Virus record (IMG/VR): IMGVR_UViG_3300049782_000084
Span: 1-34,162 of that record
DNA from: a virus
Taxonomy: Duplodnaviria > Caudoviricetes
DNA length: 34,162 nt
Strand: one strand, 5' to 3'
The stretch's first letter is position 1. Each line of letters begins with the position of its first letter. The notes under the pieces are model-generated. The model was not told where the DNA came from. It worked only from the letters and a program-made list of their open reading frames with translations, and searched no databases. This document shows, one piece after another, positions 19,355 to 26,606 of this stretch. The position numbers were made by a program, and so were the translations under genes.

Positions 19355-19806
19355 GGAGCCGCGGCTTCCTGGCCGGCCTGGTCGCCGCGCTTGTCCTCGC
19401 TTTCGCCCCCGCAGGGACGGCTGCCGCACCGACGGCCACCTCGGATGTGCTGGTTGCCGAGTCGGGCGCCCGCCTGGCCGTGGTCTCCTGCGCGCTCCGC
19501 AACACCGGCACGGGCTGGACGGTCATTAACGACAGCGGGCACATGCCGTCGGGATGCTCGGGTGTCGTGCAGCGCGCCGACCACCTCGAACTCCAGCACG
19601 ACGTCGGCGCGGTGCGGGTGTCGTCCCTGACCGTCACCGTCGACGAGACCTACGCCAAGGCCGGCATCCGCTGCGGCGCGAGCGTCGGCTTCGCCCTGTC
19701 CCGCATCTACTGCCATACCGGCGCCGCCGGCACGGCCCCGCTCGAACCGGCCACCCTCACCGCCAGCACCGGCAACCTCTGGGTGTACGGACTCCTCCGC
19801 CTCTGA
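19351..19806 (+). CDS. Predicted secreted protein with signal peptide
   Basis: ATGA overlap; MRSRGFLAGLVAALVLAFAPAGTAAA signal peptide; four Cys in mature part. Confidence 0.8.
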   Translation: MRSRGFLAGLVAALVLAFAPAGTAAAPTATSDVLVAESGARLAVVSCALRNTGTGWTVINDSGHMPSGCSGVVQRADHLELQHDVGAVRVSSLTVTVDETYAKAGIRCGASVGFALSRIYCHTGAAGTAPLEPATLTASTGNLWVYGLLRL

Positions 19807-19871
19807 CCCCGCCACTCCACCGACTCCCGCCCCCGCCATCTGCCGGGGGCTTCTGCATGAAAGGGGGAGCC

Positions 19872-20822
19872 GTGGCCCTCAAGCTCGTCACCCGCTCCCA
19901 GTGGGGCGCCCGGCCCTACCGGACACCCAACGGCGCCACGCCGTACAGCCGTCCCCGCCGCGGTGTGAAGCTCCACTACCTCGGCACCCCGTACACCGAC
20001 CGCACGCACGACCGGTGCGACGACTACGTCCGCCAGATCCAGGCCCAGCACATGGACGGCAACGGCTGGTCGGACATCGGCTACAGCTTCGTCGTCTGCA
20101 CCCACGGCTACGTCTACGAGGGCCGCGGCCTCAAGCGCCGCAACTCCGCGAACGGCAGCACTGCGCTCAACGACCAGGACTACGCGGTGCTGCTGATGGT
20201 CGGCTCCTCCGGGCTGACCCGCCCGACCGACGACCAGCTGGACGGGACGCGGGACGCCATCGAGTACTGCCGCGAGAAGGGCCCGGCCGGCGCGTGGATC
20301 GGCGGACACCGCGACGGCTACGCCACCTCCTGCCCCGGCGACGTCATCTACGCCTGGGTGAAGAAGGGCGCGCCCCGCCCGGCCAGCAGCACGCCCGCCC
20401 CTGCTCCGACCGCCCCGACACCCGCGCAGGAGACCGACATGCCCAGCGTCCTCAACGAAGCCAACCCCCTGGACGTCGAGCTGGAATCCGGCGAGTGGAC
20501 GGCGCTCGCCTTCGAGGACGCGGGCGCTCTGATCACCGGGCCCGTCCCCGCCCTGAACCTCACCATCCACCTCTACTTCGACGTGGCGACCAGCACGGAC
20601 ACCAAGGTGCAGGGCCGCTTCTACCTCACCGACCTGGACGACAGCGACCCGTCCGGCTACCTCGTCGTCGACAGGCGGGGCGGCGGAGGCCACCAGTTCG
20701 CCCACTCCATCCCGGTCCCGGCAGGCAAGAAGCTCTGGTTCGAGGCGCGGGCGATCTCCCCCGACGGCAAGCCGGTCCGGCTCCTCCACCGCGTCGCTTC
20801 CGGCCCTTACTGGACCGCCTGA
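19872..20822 (+). CDS. Endolysin, N-acetylmuramoyl-L-alanine amidase (Amidase_2/PGRP-like) with C-terminal domain
   Basis: VTRSQWGA, LHY, GWSDIGYSF, VYEGRG, GHRD, TSCPG Zn ligands; Pro/Thr linker. Confidence 0.93.
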   Translation: MALKLVTRSQWGARPYRTPNGATPYSRPRRGVKLHYLGTPYTDRTHDRCDDYVRQIQAQHMDGNGWSDIGYSFVVCTHGYVYEGRGLKRRNSANGSTALNDQDYAVLLMVGSSGLTRPTDDQLDGTRDAIEYCREKGPAGAWIGGHRDGYATSCPGDVIYAWVKKGAPRPASSTPAPAPTAPTPAQETDMPSVLNEANPLDVELESGEWTALAFEDAGALITGPVPALNLTIHLYFDVATSTDTKVQGRFYLTDLDDSDPSGYLVVDRRGGGGHQFAHSIPVPAGKKLWFEARAISPDGKPVRLLHRVASGPYWTA

Positions 20823-20853
20823 CCGCGGCCCGACCACAGAAGGAAGAACCCTC

Positions 20854-21210
20854 ATGAAGATCTTCGGCAGAGAGCCGGTCGTCGTCCTGAACACCCTGTC
20901 TGCGGTGCTCGGCCTCGTCGTCAGCCTCGGCGTGACCCCGCTGTCCGCGGAGATGGCCGGCGCGATCGTCGGCATCGCGACCGCGATCCTCGGCGCGATC
21001 GCCGCGGCCATGACCCGACCCGTCGCCCCGCAGGCGTTCACCACCGTGGTCGCCGCCGGTGCTGTCCTCGTCGGGACGTTCGGTTACGAGGTGTCGCAGG
21101 AGACCGTCGGCGCCATCAACACGGTCGTCCTCGCGGTCCTCACCCTGCTGACCCGGGTGCAGGTCACCCCGTCCTCGCCGTCGGCGCCGACCAGGCCCAC
21201 GGGAGTCTGA
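20854..21210 (+). CDS. Holin
   Basis: MKIFGREPV start, several hydrophobic helices, R.QVTP end; follows endolysin. Confidence 0.85.
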   Translation: MKIFGREPVVVLNTLSAVLGLVVSLGVTPLSAEMAGAIVGIATAILGAIAAAMTRPVAPQAFTTVVAAGAVLVGTFGYEVSQETVGAINTVVLAVLTLLTRVQVTPSSPSAPTRPTGV

Positions 21211-21657
21211 GTGCCCTGCCGGGCGGCCCGGAGGCTGCGCAAAGTGCTGGGCCGCCGCGGCGCCTTCCTTCTCATCCTCGGTATCGGCAAGACCTGCTGG
21301 GGCATCGGCATGATCGTCGCCCCTCAGCCCGCACCCCAAGGCCTGCGACTGCTCCTGGAAATGTGCCCTCTCAGCTCCTGGGCCTGGCTATGGATCAGCT
21401 GCGGGCTCATCACCACCGCGTCCGCGTTCCTCAGGATCGGACGCGACTGGACTGGCTTCGTCGCTGCCCTCATTCCCCCCACCGTGTGGGCCATCGCCTA
21501 CACATCCGCTGTCGTCACCGGCGAGTTCACCCGAGGCGGGTTCCTCGCCGCCTGGTACCTCACCTCGCACGTCGGGGTCATCATGTGGGCGGCCACGGTG
21601 CCCGAGCATTCGGTCCCCCATGCGCCGCGGTCTGCCCGGAAAGGCAGGCCCGGGTGA
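21211..21657 (+). CDS. Multi-pass membrane protein of lysis cassette
   Basis: LGRRGAFLL plus about four TM segments. Confidence 0.8.
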   Translation: MPCRAARRLRKVLGRRGAFLLILGIGKTCWGIGMIVAPQPAPQGLRLLLEMCPLSSWAWLWISCGLITTASAFLRIGRDWTGFVAALIPPTVWAIAYTSAVVTGEFTRGGFLAAWYLTSHVGVIMWAATVPEHSVPHAPRSARKGRPG

Positions 21658-22013
21658 GTATCTGGGCGGGGATCGTGGCCGCGTTCGGCACGGTCGGAAT
21701 GGTGGTAGCCGGGCTGTTCGCGGCCCGCGCTACGAGACAGGCCGCTGCTGCTACGGCGGAGGCAACGCGGGCGGCGGCGCAGGCGCAGGCCGAACCGAAC
21801 CAGCGGGCTGAGGATCGGGCGGCGTTCGACGCCATCAAGAAGGAGCTCCGGGAGGATCTCGCGTCGACGAAGGCGGAGATCGTGCGGGTGCGCGGGGTGC
21901 TGTACTCGTTGTCGCGGTGGGCGCTGGCGTTGCGGGACCAGGTGCTGGACTTGGGCGGCACGCCGCGCCAGACGCCGGACGACGTCGAAGACTACTACCG
22001 AACTGGAGTGTGA
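21654..22013 (+). CDS. Membrane-anchored coiled-coil protein of lysis cassette
   Basis: GTGA overlap; N-terminal TM then coiled coil ending LGGTP. Confidence 0.8.
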   Translation: MSIWAGIVAAFGTVGMVVAGLFAARATRQAAAATAEATRAAAQAQAEPNQRAEDRAAFDAIKKELREDLASTKAEIVRVRGVLYSLSRWALALRDQVLDLGGTPRQTPDDVEDYYRTGV

Positions 22014-22396
22014 TGGTCGGCGTCCTGCTGGCCCATCTCGTCGGCGACTACATCTTGCAGTCGGACTGGATGGCGAACGAGAAGACGAAGCGCTGGCTTC
22101 CCGCGTGGGCGCACGCGGTGACATACGGTCTGCCGTTCCTGCTGGTGACCCAGTCGCCTGCCGCGCTGGCCGTCATCGTCGTGACGCACGCGGTGATCGA
22201 TCACTACCGGCTAGCCCGGCATGTGGTATGGGCGAAGAACTTCCTGGCGCCGCGTGCCTGGTGGCACCCGTGGGCGGAGTGCTCCGGCACCGGGTACCAC
22301 AAGGATCGCCCGCCATGGATGACTGTCTGGCTGATGATCATTGCGGACAACACGATGCATCTCATCATCAACGTCGCCGCCGTCCACTACCTGTAG
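22013..22396 (+). CDS. DUF3307-like membrane protein
   Basis: AHLVGDYILQSDWMA..K, H...Y, H..IDH, DNTMH motifs. Confidence 0.85.
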   Translation: MVGVLLAHLVGDYILQSDWMANEKTKRWLPAWAHAVTYGLPFLLVTQSPAALAVIVVTHAVIDHYRLARHVVWAKNFLAPRAWWHPWAECSGTGYHKDRPPWMTVWLMIIADNTMHLIINVAAVHYL

Positions 22397-22406
22397 GGAG
22401 AAGCCC

Positions 22407-22541
22407 ATGCCTGCACCTGAGCCGCGGCCTCTGGAGCCGCGCCGCCAGGACGGCGCCGCCGACGTCGCCAGCCTCGTGGCGCTGGGGAAAGCGGTAGCGC
22501 CACCGACCCCGAAGTCGGCCCCCGCGCCGCCGAAGGGGTGA
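22407..22541 (+). CDS. Small hypothetical protein (44 aa)
   Basis: GGGAG RBS, ATG 22407, ends before terminator. Confidence 0.55.
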   Translation: MPAPEPRPLEPRRQDGAADVASLVALGKAVAPPTPKSAPAPPKG

Positions 22542-22567
22542 GCCCCGTCGACGACGAAGACTGACAA

Positions 22568-22603
22568 CGCCCCGCCCTCCTGCTTCGGCAGGGGAGCGGG
22601 GCG
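22568..22603. terminator. Terminator hairpin ending the late operon, between convergent genes
   Basis: CGCCCCGC-CCTCCTGC-TTCG-GCAGGGGA-GCGGGGCG with TTCG loop. Confidence 0.8.
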
Positions 22604-22620
22604 CTTCGTCGTGTCTCGGG

Positions 22621-22899
22621 TCAGAACGGCGCCTCTCCGCTGCCGAGGATGCGGATGACGAAGGGGTTCCCGCTGTTGATGGTCCAGTCCGACCTGTCGG
22701 GTCGGATGAACTCGCCGGGTCGGCCGCCGACGAGGAGATGGCCGTCGTCGACGTTCAGCAGCACCGGCACGAGGGACTGGTCGTGGAACGTCAGGGTTCC
22801 GCGCCATGTCCCGGACGAGTCCTTCGTCAGGTCGGCTTCAGTGTCGAACTGGCGGCCGTCGTCGATGAGGAGGACAGCCGCCCCCTTGTACGTGGTCAT
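22621..22899 (-). CDS. Small beta-rich hypothetical protein (DUF4873-like), moron
   Basis: Y.G.A.L....V.A.L....WRG.L...G.GEAPF pattern; -10 TACCGT 6 nt before ATG. Confidence 0.7.
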   Translation of the reverse strand: MTTYKGAAVLLIDDGRQFDTEADLTKDSSGTWRGTLTFHDQSLVPVLLNVDDGHLLVGGRPGEFIRPDRSDWTINSGNPFVIRILGSGEAPF

Positions 22900-22980
22900 G
22901 ACCCGACGGTAGCGGTGCCGTCAAGCCGCCCGAGCACGAGCCTCGTTGGGGCCATCGACTCTCGATAACATGCCATATCC

Positions 22981-23010
22981 GGGCCCCGCTCCCACCGAGG
23001 AGCGGGGCCC
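22981..23010. terminator. Terminator hairpin
   Basis: GGGCCCCGCTCC-CACCGA-GGAGCGGGGCCC 12-bp perfect stem. Confidence 0.75.
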
Positions 23011-23048
23011 TTCGTCATGCCCGGAAGTGCTGGCGATCACTCAACTCT

Positions 23049-23076
23049 ATGGTTGATAATGACAGTTATCCCATAC
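23049..23076. other. dif/lox-like tyrosine recombinase core site
   Basis: ATGGTTGATAA-TGACAG-TTATCCCATAC (11-6-11); AT-rich island in high-GC DNA upstream of recombinase operon. Confidence 0.65.
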
Positions 23077-23092
23077 AAGGAGGAGGACGGGA

Positions 23093-23335
23093 ATGCTGGG
23101 ACTGCGAGCACGGTGTAAGCGAGCCCTCAGGAGGCAGGCGGAGAGAGTCGCGAGTGAGCTGGATGCATTCCGCCCCAAGGAAGGAGTGCGCCACTCGATC
23201 CAGACGCCTCCCGTTGAAGACCTACCGCGCGTGTTGCAAGACTTGCGTGCACGTCTGGAGCGAGAGCGCGCCCTCTACGGCGACATCAATCTCGGAGCCC
23301 GAGCAGAACGACGTCCCTGGGAGCGACGTCCATGA
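23093..23335 (+). CDS. Hypothetical protein (80 aa)
   Basis: Strong AGGAGGAGG RBS; stop overlaps recombinase start (ATGA). Confidence 0.65.
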   Translation: MLGLRARCKRALRRQAERVASELDAFRPKEGVRHSIQTPPVEDLPRVLQDLRARLERERALYGDINLGARAERRPWERRP

Positions 23336-24369
23336 CGGATGTCACCCTCGTCCCCCGCCCGTCGGCGGAGCTGTCGACCGACCGGCACGACCCCCGCGAC
23401 GACTGGCCCGACGAAGCCCGCCAGCTCGCCGACCACCTCACAGCCATCTACGGCGACCGCGACCCGCTCCCCACCATCGCCGGAGGATGGATCGCCCGCC
23501 AGAAAAGCCGCCACACCCGGCGGGCCTACGTGCGCACCTTCAAGGCGTGGGAGGAGTACGCCCGCTCCACCGGCATCCACCCGCTCCAGGCGAAGCTGCC
23601 ACTCGCCGACGCCTACGCCAAGCACCTCGCCAAGACACCGACCCGCAACGGCAAGCCCCCCGCCGAGACCACCCAGGCGCAAGCCCTCGCCGCCGCCGGG
23701 AGCTTCTACACCTACGCAGCCCGCCTCCAAGCCGTCGACACCGACCCGTTCGCCGCCGTCAACCGGCCCTACGTCGACCCCGACTACTCACCCACCGAAG
23801 GCCTCACCGAAGCCGAGATGGACCGGCTCATCGAGACCGCTCGCGACTGGGCGCCCCGCTCCTACGCCCTCGTGACGATGCTGTACCTGACCGGCGCCCG
23901 CGTGGAAGAGGTCCTTGCCCGCGACATCAGCGATCTCGGATACGACAAGGGGCACCGCACACTCAACCTCACCAAGAAGGGCGGCAAGCGCAAGCGAGAC
24001 CCGCTGCCGCCGCTCGCCCTCGACGCACTCCTCGCCTACCTCGGCGACCGCACCGAAGGCCCCCTCTTCACCACCGAGAGCGGCCGCCGCTGGACCCAGC
24101 CCGAAGTGTGGAAGCACCTCCGCGTCCTCGCCCGACGGGCCGGCATCCCACAAGCCGCCAGCATCAAGCCCCACACGCTGCGGCACCAGTTCATCACCGA
24201 CAATCTCGCCAACGGCGTCCCCCTCCAAGACGTCCAGGACGCCGTCTCCCACTCCGACCCGCGCACCACCCAGCGCTACAACCGCCGCCGCCGCCAGCTC
24301 GACAACCACCCCGCCTACGCCCTCGCCGCCCGGCTCGGTGCAAGGCTGCAATCCCAGGAGGCCGAATGA
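23332..24369 (+). CDS. XerC/D-like tyrosine recombinase (resolvase type)
   Basis: S.HTRRAY SAM-like domain, TGARVEE, KKGGK, PHTLRH, SHSDPRTTQRY; no arm-binding domain evident. Confidence 0.93.
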   Translation: MTDVTLVPRPSAELSTDRHDPRDDWPDEARQLADHLTAIYGDRDPLPTIAGGWIARQKSRHTRRAYVRTFKAWEEYARSTGIHPLQAKLPLADAYAKHLAKTPTRNGKPPAETTQAQALAAAGSFYTYAARLQAVDTDPFAAVNRPYVDPDYSPTEGLTEAEMDRLIETARDWAPRSYALVTMLYLTGARVEEVLARDISDLGYDKGHRTLNLTKKGGKRKRDPLPPLALDALLAYLGDRTEGPLFTTESGRRWTQPEVWKHLRVLARRAGIPQAASIKPHTLRHQFITDNLANGVPLQDVQDAVSHSDPRTTQRYNRRRRQLDNHPAYALAARLGARLQSQEAE

Positions 24370-24521
24370 GCGACGAGCCATCCAAGGACTGGATGGAGAT
24401 CTGGTACGAGACCGGCGAGATCACCTGGCAGAAGCCGCTCTCGCCAGAGGCTAAGGCGCGGATTCTCCACCTCTACGACGAGCTGCTCGAGGAACAGGGC
24501 AGGAACGAAGCCGATGAGTAG
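24366..24521 (+). CDS. Small acidic hypothetical protein (51 aa)
   Basis: AGGAGG RBS, ATGA overlap with recombinase stop. Confidence 0.65.
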   Translation: MSDEPSKDWMEIWYETGEITWQKPLSPEAKARILHLYDELLEEQGRNEADE

Positions 24522-24595
24522 AAGCCCCGCCGTGCCACACTGGCCGCACGCCCGTCAGGCCCCCCGTCCTGGCGGGCTTCCGTTCGGGAGGGTGC

Positions 24596-24964
24596 ATGGC
24601 TGACGAGCTGCGGCAGCTGGTGAAGGCGCGTCGACAGGAGCTGAGGCTGTCGTACACCTCCTTGGCCGCCGCTTGCGTCGATGGCGAGTCGGGCGCGTCC
24701 GTGTCGGTGGGTTGGCTGCATCGGCTGGAGACGGGGGAGCCGGTCATTGCCCCGAGTGTCGAGGTGCTGGCCGCCCTGTCGGTCGGGCTGCGGCTTGACC
24801 TGGTTCGACTGCAGGAGGCGGCGTCTGCACAGTTCTTCGGCCTGCGCCTGCCGCCGGAGGCTTCGGGTGAGCCGGCCGAGATTCTCAGGGCGCTGGCGGT
24901 GCTCCCGGAGAGGCAGCGGCAAGCGCTCGCGGACCTGGTCCGCGTCGTGGCGAGGGACTGCTGA
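24596..24964 (+). CDS. XRE-family HTH regulator
   Basis: LVKARRQELRLSY..LA...WLHRLETG...P....LAALS.GL. Confidence 0.85.
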   Translation: MADELRQLVKARRQELRLSYTSLAAACVDGESGASVSVGWLHRLETGEPVIAPSVEVLAALSVGLRLDLVRLQEAASAQFFGLRLPPEASGEPAEILRALAVLPERQRQALADLVRVVARDC

Positions 24965-25140
24965 AGGCCACGCCAGAAACCCGTGGCCGATCTCTTTCCC
25001 TATGGCCGGATCGTGGTGCATCGTAGGCGCACGGGATCCGCTTCACCCCCGGGTGGGTGCCGCTCTCGGGCCCTGCCGTCCTCGGATGGCGGGGCCCGCC
25101 GCTCCTCCCGGCTCCCCACGGGAGGCTCTGCGGCTGCCCG

Positions 25141-25464
25141 CTACTCGCCGATCCCCAGCGACGCGGCCGGCGCGCAGAACTCGCAGGCTTGGAAGAACTG
25201 CTTGTCCTTGGTGAGGGCGTGCCGTGCTTCGTCGGCGCTTACGGTGCGGGTCTCCCGCTGAACCATGGTGCAGGTGGCGAGGTGGATCGTGGCGCCGAGC
25301 GGGTGTCCTTCGCGGATCTCTTTCTCGACGATGTAGCCGGCCTCCTGCTGCACCTCCCGCTCGACGGCCGCGATATTCCGCCGGGTCTGGTCGAGTTGCC
25401 AGGCGAGCCATTCCTCGAGCGTGCGGAGTTTGGCGAGGCGCTCAGCGGGCGGAAGATCGGTCAT
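25141..25464 (-). CDS. DUF6233-like protein (H/C metal-binding)
   Basis: L..LRTLE.WL...L...R..I, IH...C, EAR.AL, AC.FC.P...LG; -10 TAGAAT 7 nt before ATG. Confidence 0.8.
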   Translation of the reverse strand: MTDLPPAERLAKLRTLEEWLAWQLDQTRRNIAAVEREVQQEAGYIVEKEIREGHPLGATIHLATCTMVQRETRTVSADEARHALTKDKQFFQACEFCAPAASLGIGE

Positions 25465-25472
25465 GCGTTCGA
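25457..25472. promoter_or_regulatory. Degenerate actinobacterial LexA (SOS) box over the start codon of the DUF6233-like gene
   Basis: Minus strand TCGAAC-GCAT-GACCGA versus consensus TCGAAC-N4-GTTCGA. Confidence 0.5.
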
Positions 25473-25510
25473 TTCTAGGGCTAGCGCTCCGCTCTGCCAC
25501 CCTGGGGGTC

Positions 25511-25708
25511 ATGCAGCCCGCCCGCTACCACCTCCTCCTCACCTCCGCCGGCCGCCCCGTACAGCACGGCTGGTGGGACGACGAGGCGACCGCACGCTCA
25601 AAGTTCAGCGTCTGGATCGGCGAGTGGAGCGAGGTCCGCGACGCGCGCATCACCCTCACCGACGAGGACACCGGCGAGACGTTGACGACCTGGCCGGAGC
25701 AGGCGTAA
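25511..25708 (+). CDS. Small hypothetical protein
   Basis: RYHL.LT..GRPV.HGWW..E.TAR.KF..WIG...ARITLTD...TWP, a pattern I recall from Streptomyces prophages. Confidence 0.75.
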   Translation: MQPARYHLLLTSAGRPVQHGWWDDEATARSKFSVWIGEWSEVRDARITLTDEDTGETLTTWPEQA

Positions 25709-25728
25709 CCGTCTGCCATGCTGGCGCG

Positions 25729-25857
25729 ATGAACGACGAGACGCCGCAGCTGGACGATGAGATCCCCGACGTCATGGCCGACGACTACGAGATGCCCGTT
25801 GTCGGCGAGTACGTCCTATCCACGCGGCGCCCCCGCATTGTCAGTGACGACTCGTAA
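25729..25857 (+). CDS. Small acidic hypothetical protein (42 aa)
   Basis: CATGCT 6 nt before ATG; GC3-rich codons. Confidence 0.45.
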   Translation: MNDETPQLDDEIPDVMADDYEMPVVGEYVLSTRRPRIVSDDS

Positions 25858-25860
25858 AGT
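25838..25860 (+). promoter_or_regulatory. RecA-NDp/PafBC-type DNA-damage promoter motif
   Basis: TTGTCAGTG-acgactcg-TAAAGT matches tTGTCRgtg-N8-TAnnnT. Confidence 0.6.
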
Positions 25861-25902
25861 GGTGTGACTATCCCACCGAGCAAGTCGGGATTGCTGCTGA
25901 GC

Positions 25903-25931
25903 CCGGCCCCGGCGTGATGCACCGGGGCCGG
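25903..25931. terminator. Hairpin between convergent units
   Basis: CCGGCCCCGG-N9-CCGGGGCCGG. Confidence 0.65.
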
Positions 25932-26017
25932 ACTGCTGCCAGGCCGACCGTGTGTGCGTCTCCGCAAAGTGGTGCGACCTGCGAAGACTCATCACTTCAT
26001 GCGTGCCCATAAAGTGA

Positions 26018-26197
26018 TCAAGCCGCGGTCGCCATCTCCCCGCGGACCGCCTCCACCCATTCGTCCCGCAGCTGCTCGTAGCGCTCCCGGGTCGGCCCCC
26101 ACAACCAGCCGCCCGTCGCCACCAGCAGCGCGCGAATCTCCGCATCCACGGCCGCAGCAGACCGCGGCACGCCATCCGGCGGGGGAGTGGAGGACAT
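26018..26197 (-). CDS. Small hypothetical protein (59 aa)
   Basis: RSAAAVDAEIRAL...RYEQL..EW..A; -10 TAGACT 7 nt before ATG. Confidence 0.7.
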   Translation of the reverse strand: MSSTPPPDGVPRSAAAVDAEIRALLVATGGWLWGPTRERYEQLRDEWVEAVRGEMATAA

Positions 26198-26207
26198 GCC
26201 GGCCAGT

Positions 26208-26465
26208 CTAGGAGCCGGGTCTGACGGCAGGCGGGTCGTCGGCGACGAACGTTCCGATACCGACCTCGCCCCGCGCGAAGCCCTGCTCCTGCAGGTGCTT
26301 GTACACCTTCTGCACGGTGGACGAGGCGATCGAGAACTCAGCCGACAACTCCACGACGGAGGGCAGCTTCGACCGGGCCGGGTAGGTGCCGTCGGCGATG
26401 CGGTCGGCGATGATCGCCGCGACCTGCCGCCAGATGGACCGAGTCCGGTCAAGATCAACGCTCAC
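26208..26465 (-). CDS. GntR-type winged-helix regulator (DNA-binding domain only)
   Basis: WRQVAAII..RI.DGTYP..SKLPSV.EL..EF.IA..TV.K....L...G......G.GTFV; GTG 7 nt after TACGGT. Confidence 0.85.
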   Translation of the reverse strand: MSVDLDRTRSIWRQVAAIIADRIADGTYPARSKLPSVVELSAEFSIASSTVQKVYKHLQEQGFARGEVGIGTFVADDPPAVRPGS

Positions 26466-26483
26466 CCTGTCGACCGTAGATAT

Positions 26484-26535
26484 CCGCAGTACACCGCGCG
26501 ACCGCAGTACAACTCGGTACACCGCGGTATACCGT
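26484..26535. repeat. Tandem ~10-bp repeats (CCGCRGTACA) between divergent promoters; probable operator
   Basis: CCGCAGTACA at 26484 and 26502, ACTCGGTACA 26512, CCGCGGTATA 26522. Confidence 0.7.
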
Positions 26536-26606
26536 GAAATTGCACCAGAGCCCCCGGGGAGCGTGGCCCGCCACCCCGGAGGCAAGCCGACGAACGGAGC
26601 GTCGAC

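Noticed and set aside
18132-24369. Recombinase-driven tail fibre inversion or DGR-type diversification
   Set aside because: No inverted tail gene cassettes, inverted recombination sites, reverse transcriptase or template/variable repeat pair seen
24965-25140. GC-rich gap with short ORFs (24983-25261 and others)
   Set aside because: No convincing start signals or motifs; probably a terminator-containing spacer between convergent genes
26484-26535. Possible mini-CRISPR array
   Set aside because: Units are 10 bp and abutting, with no spacers and no cas genes
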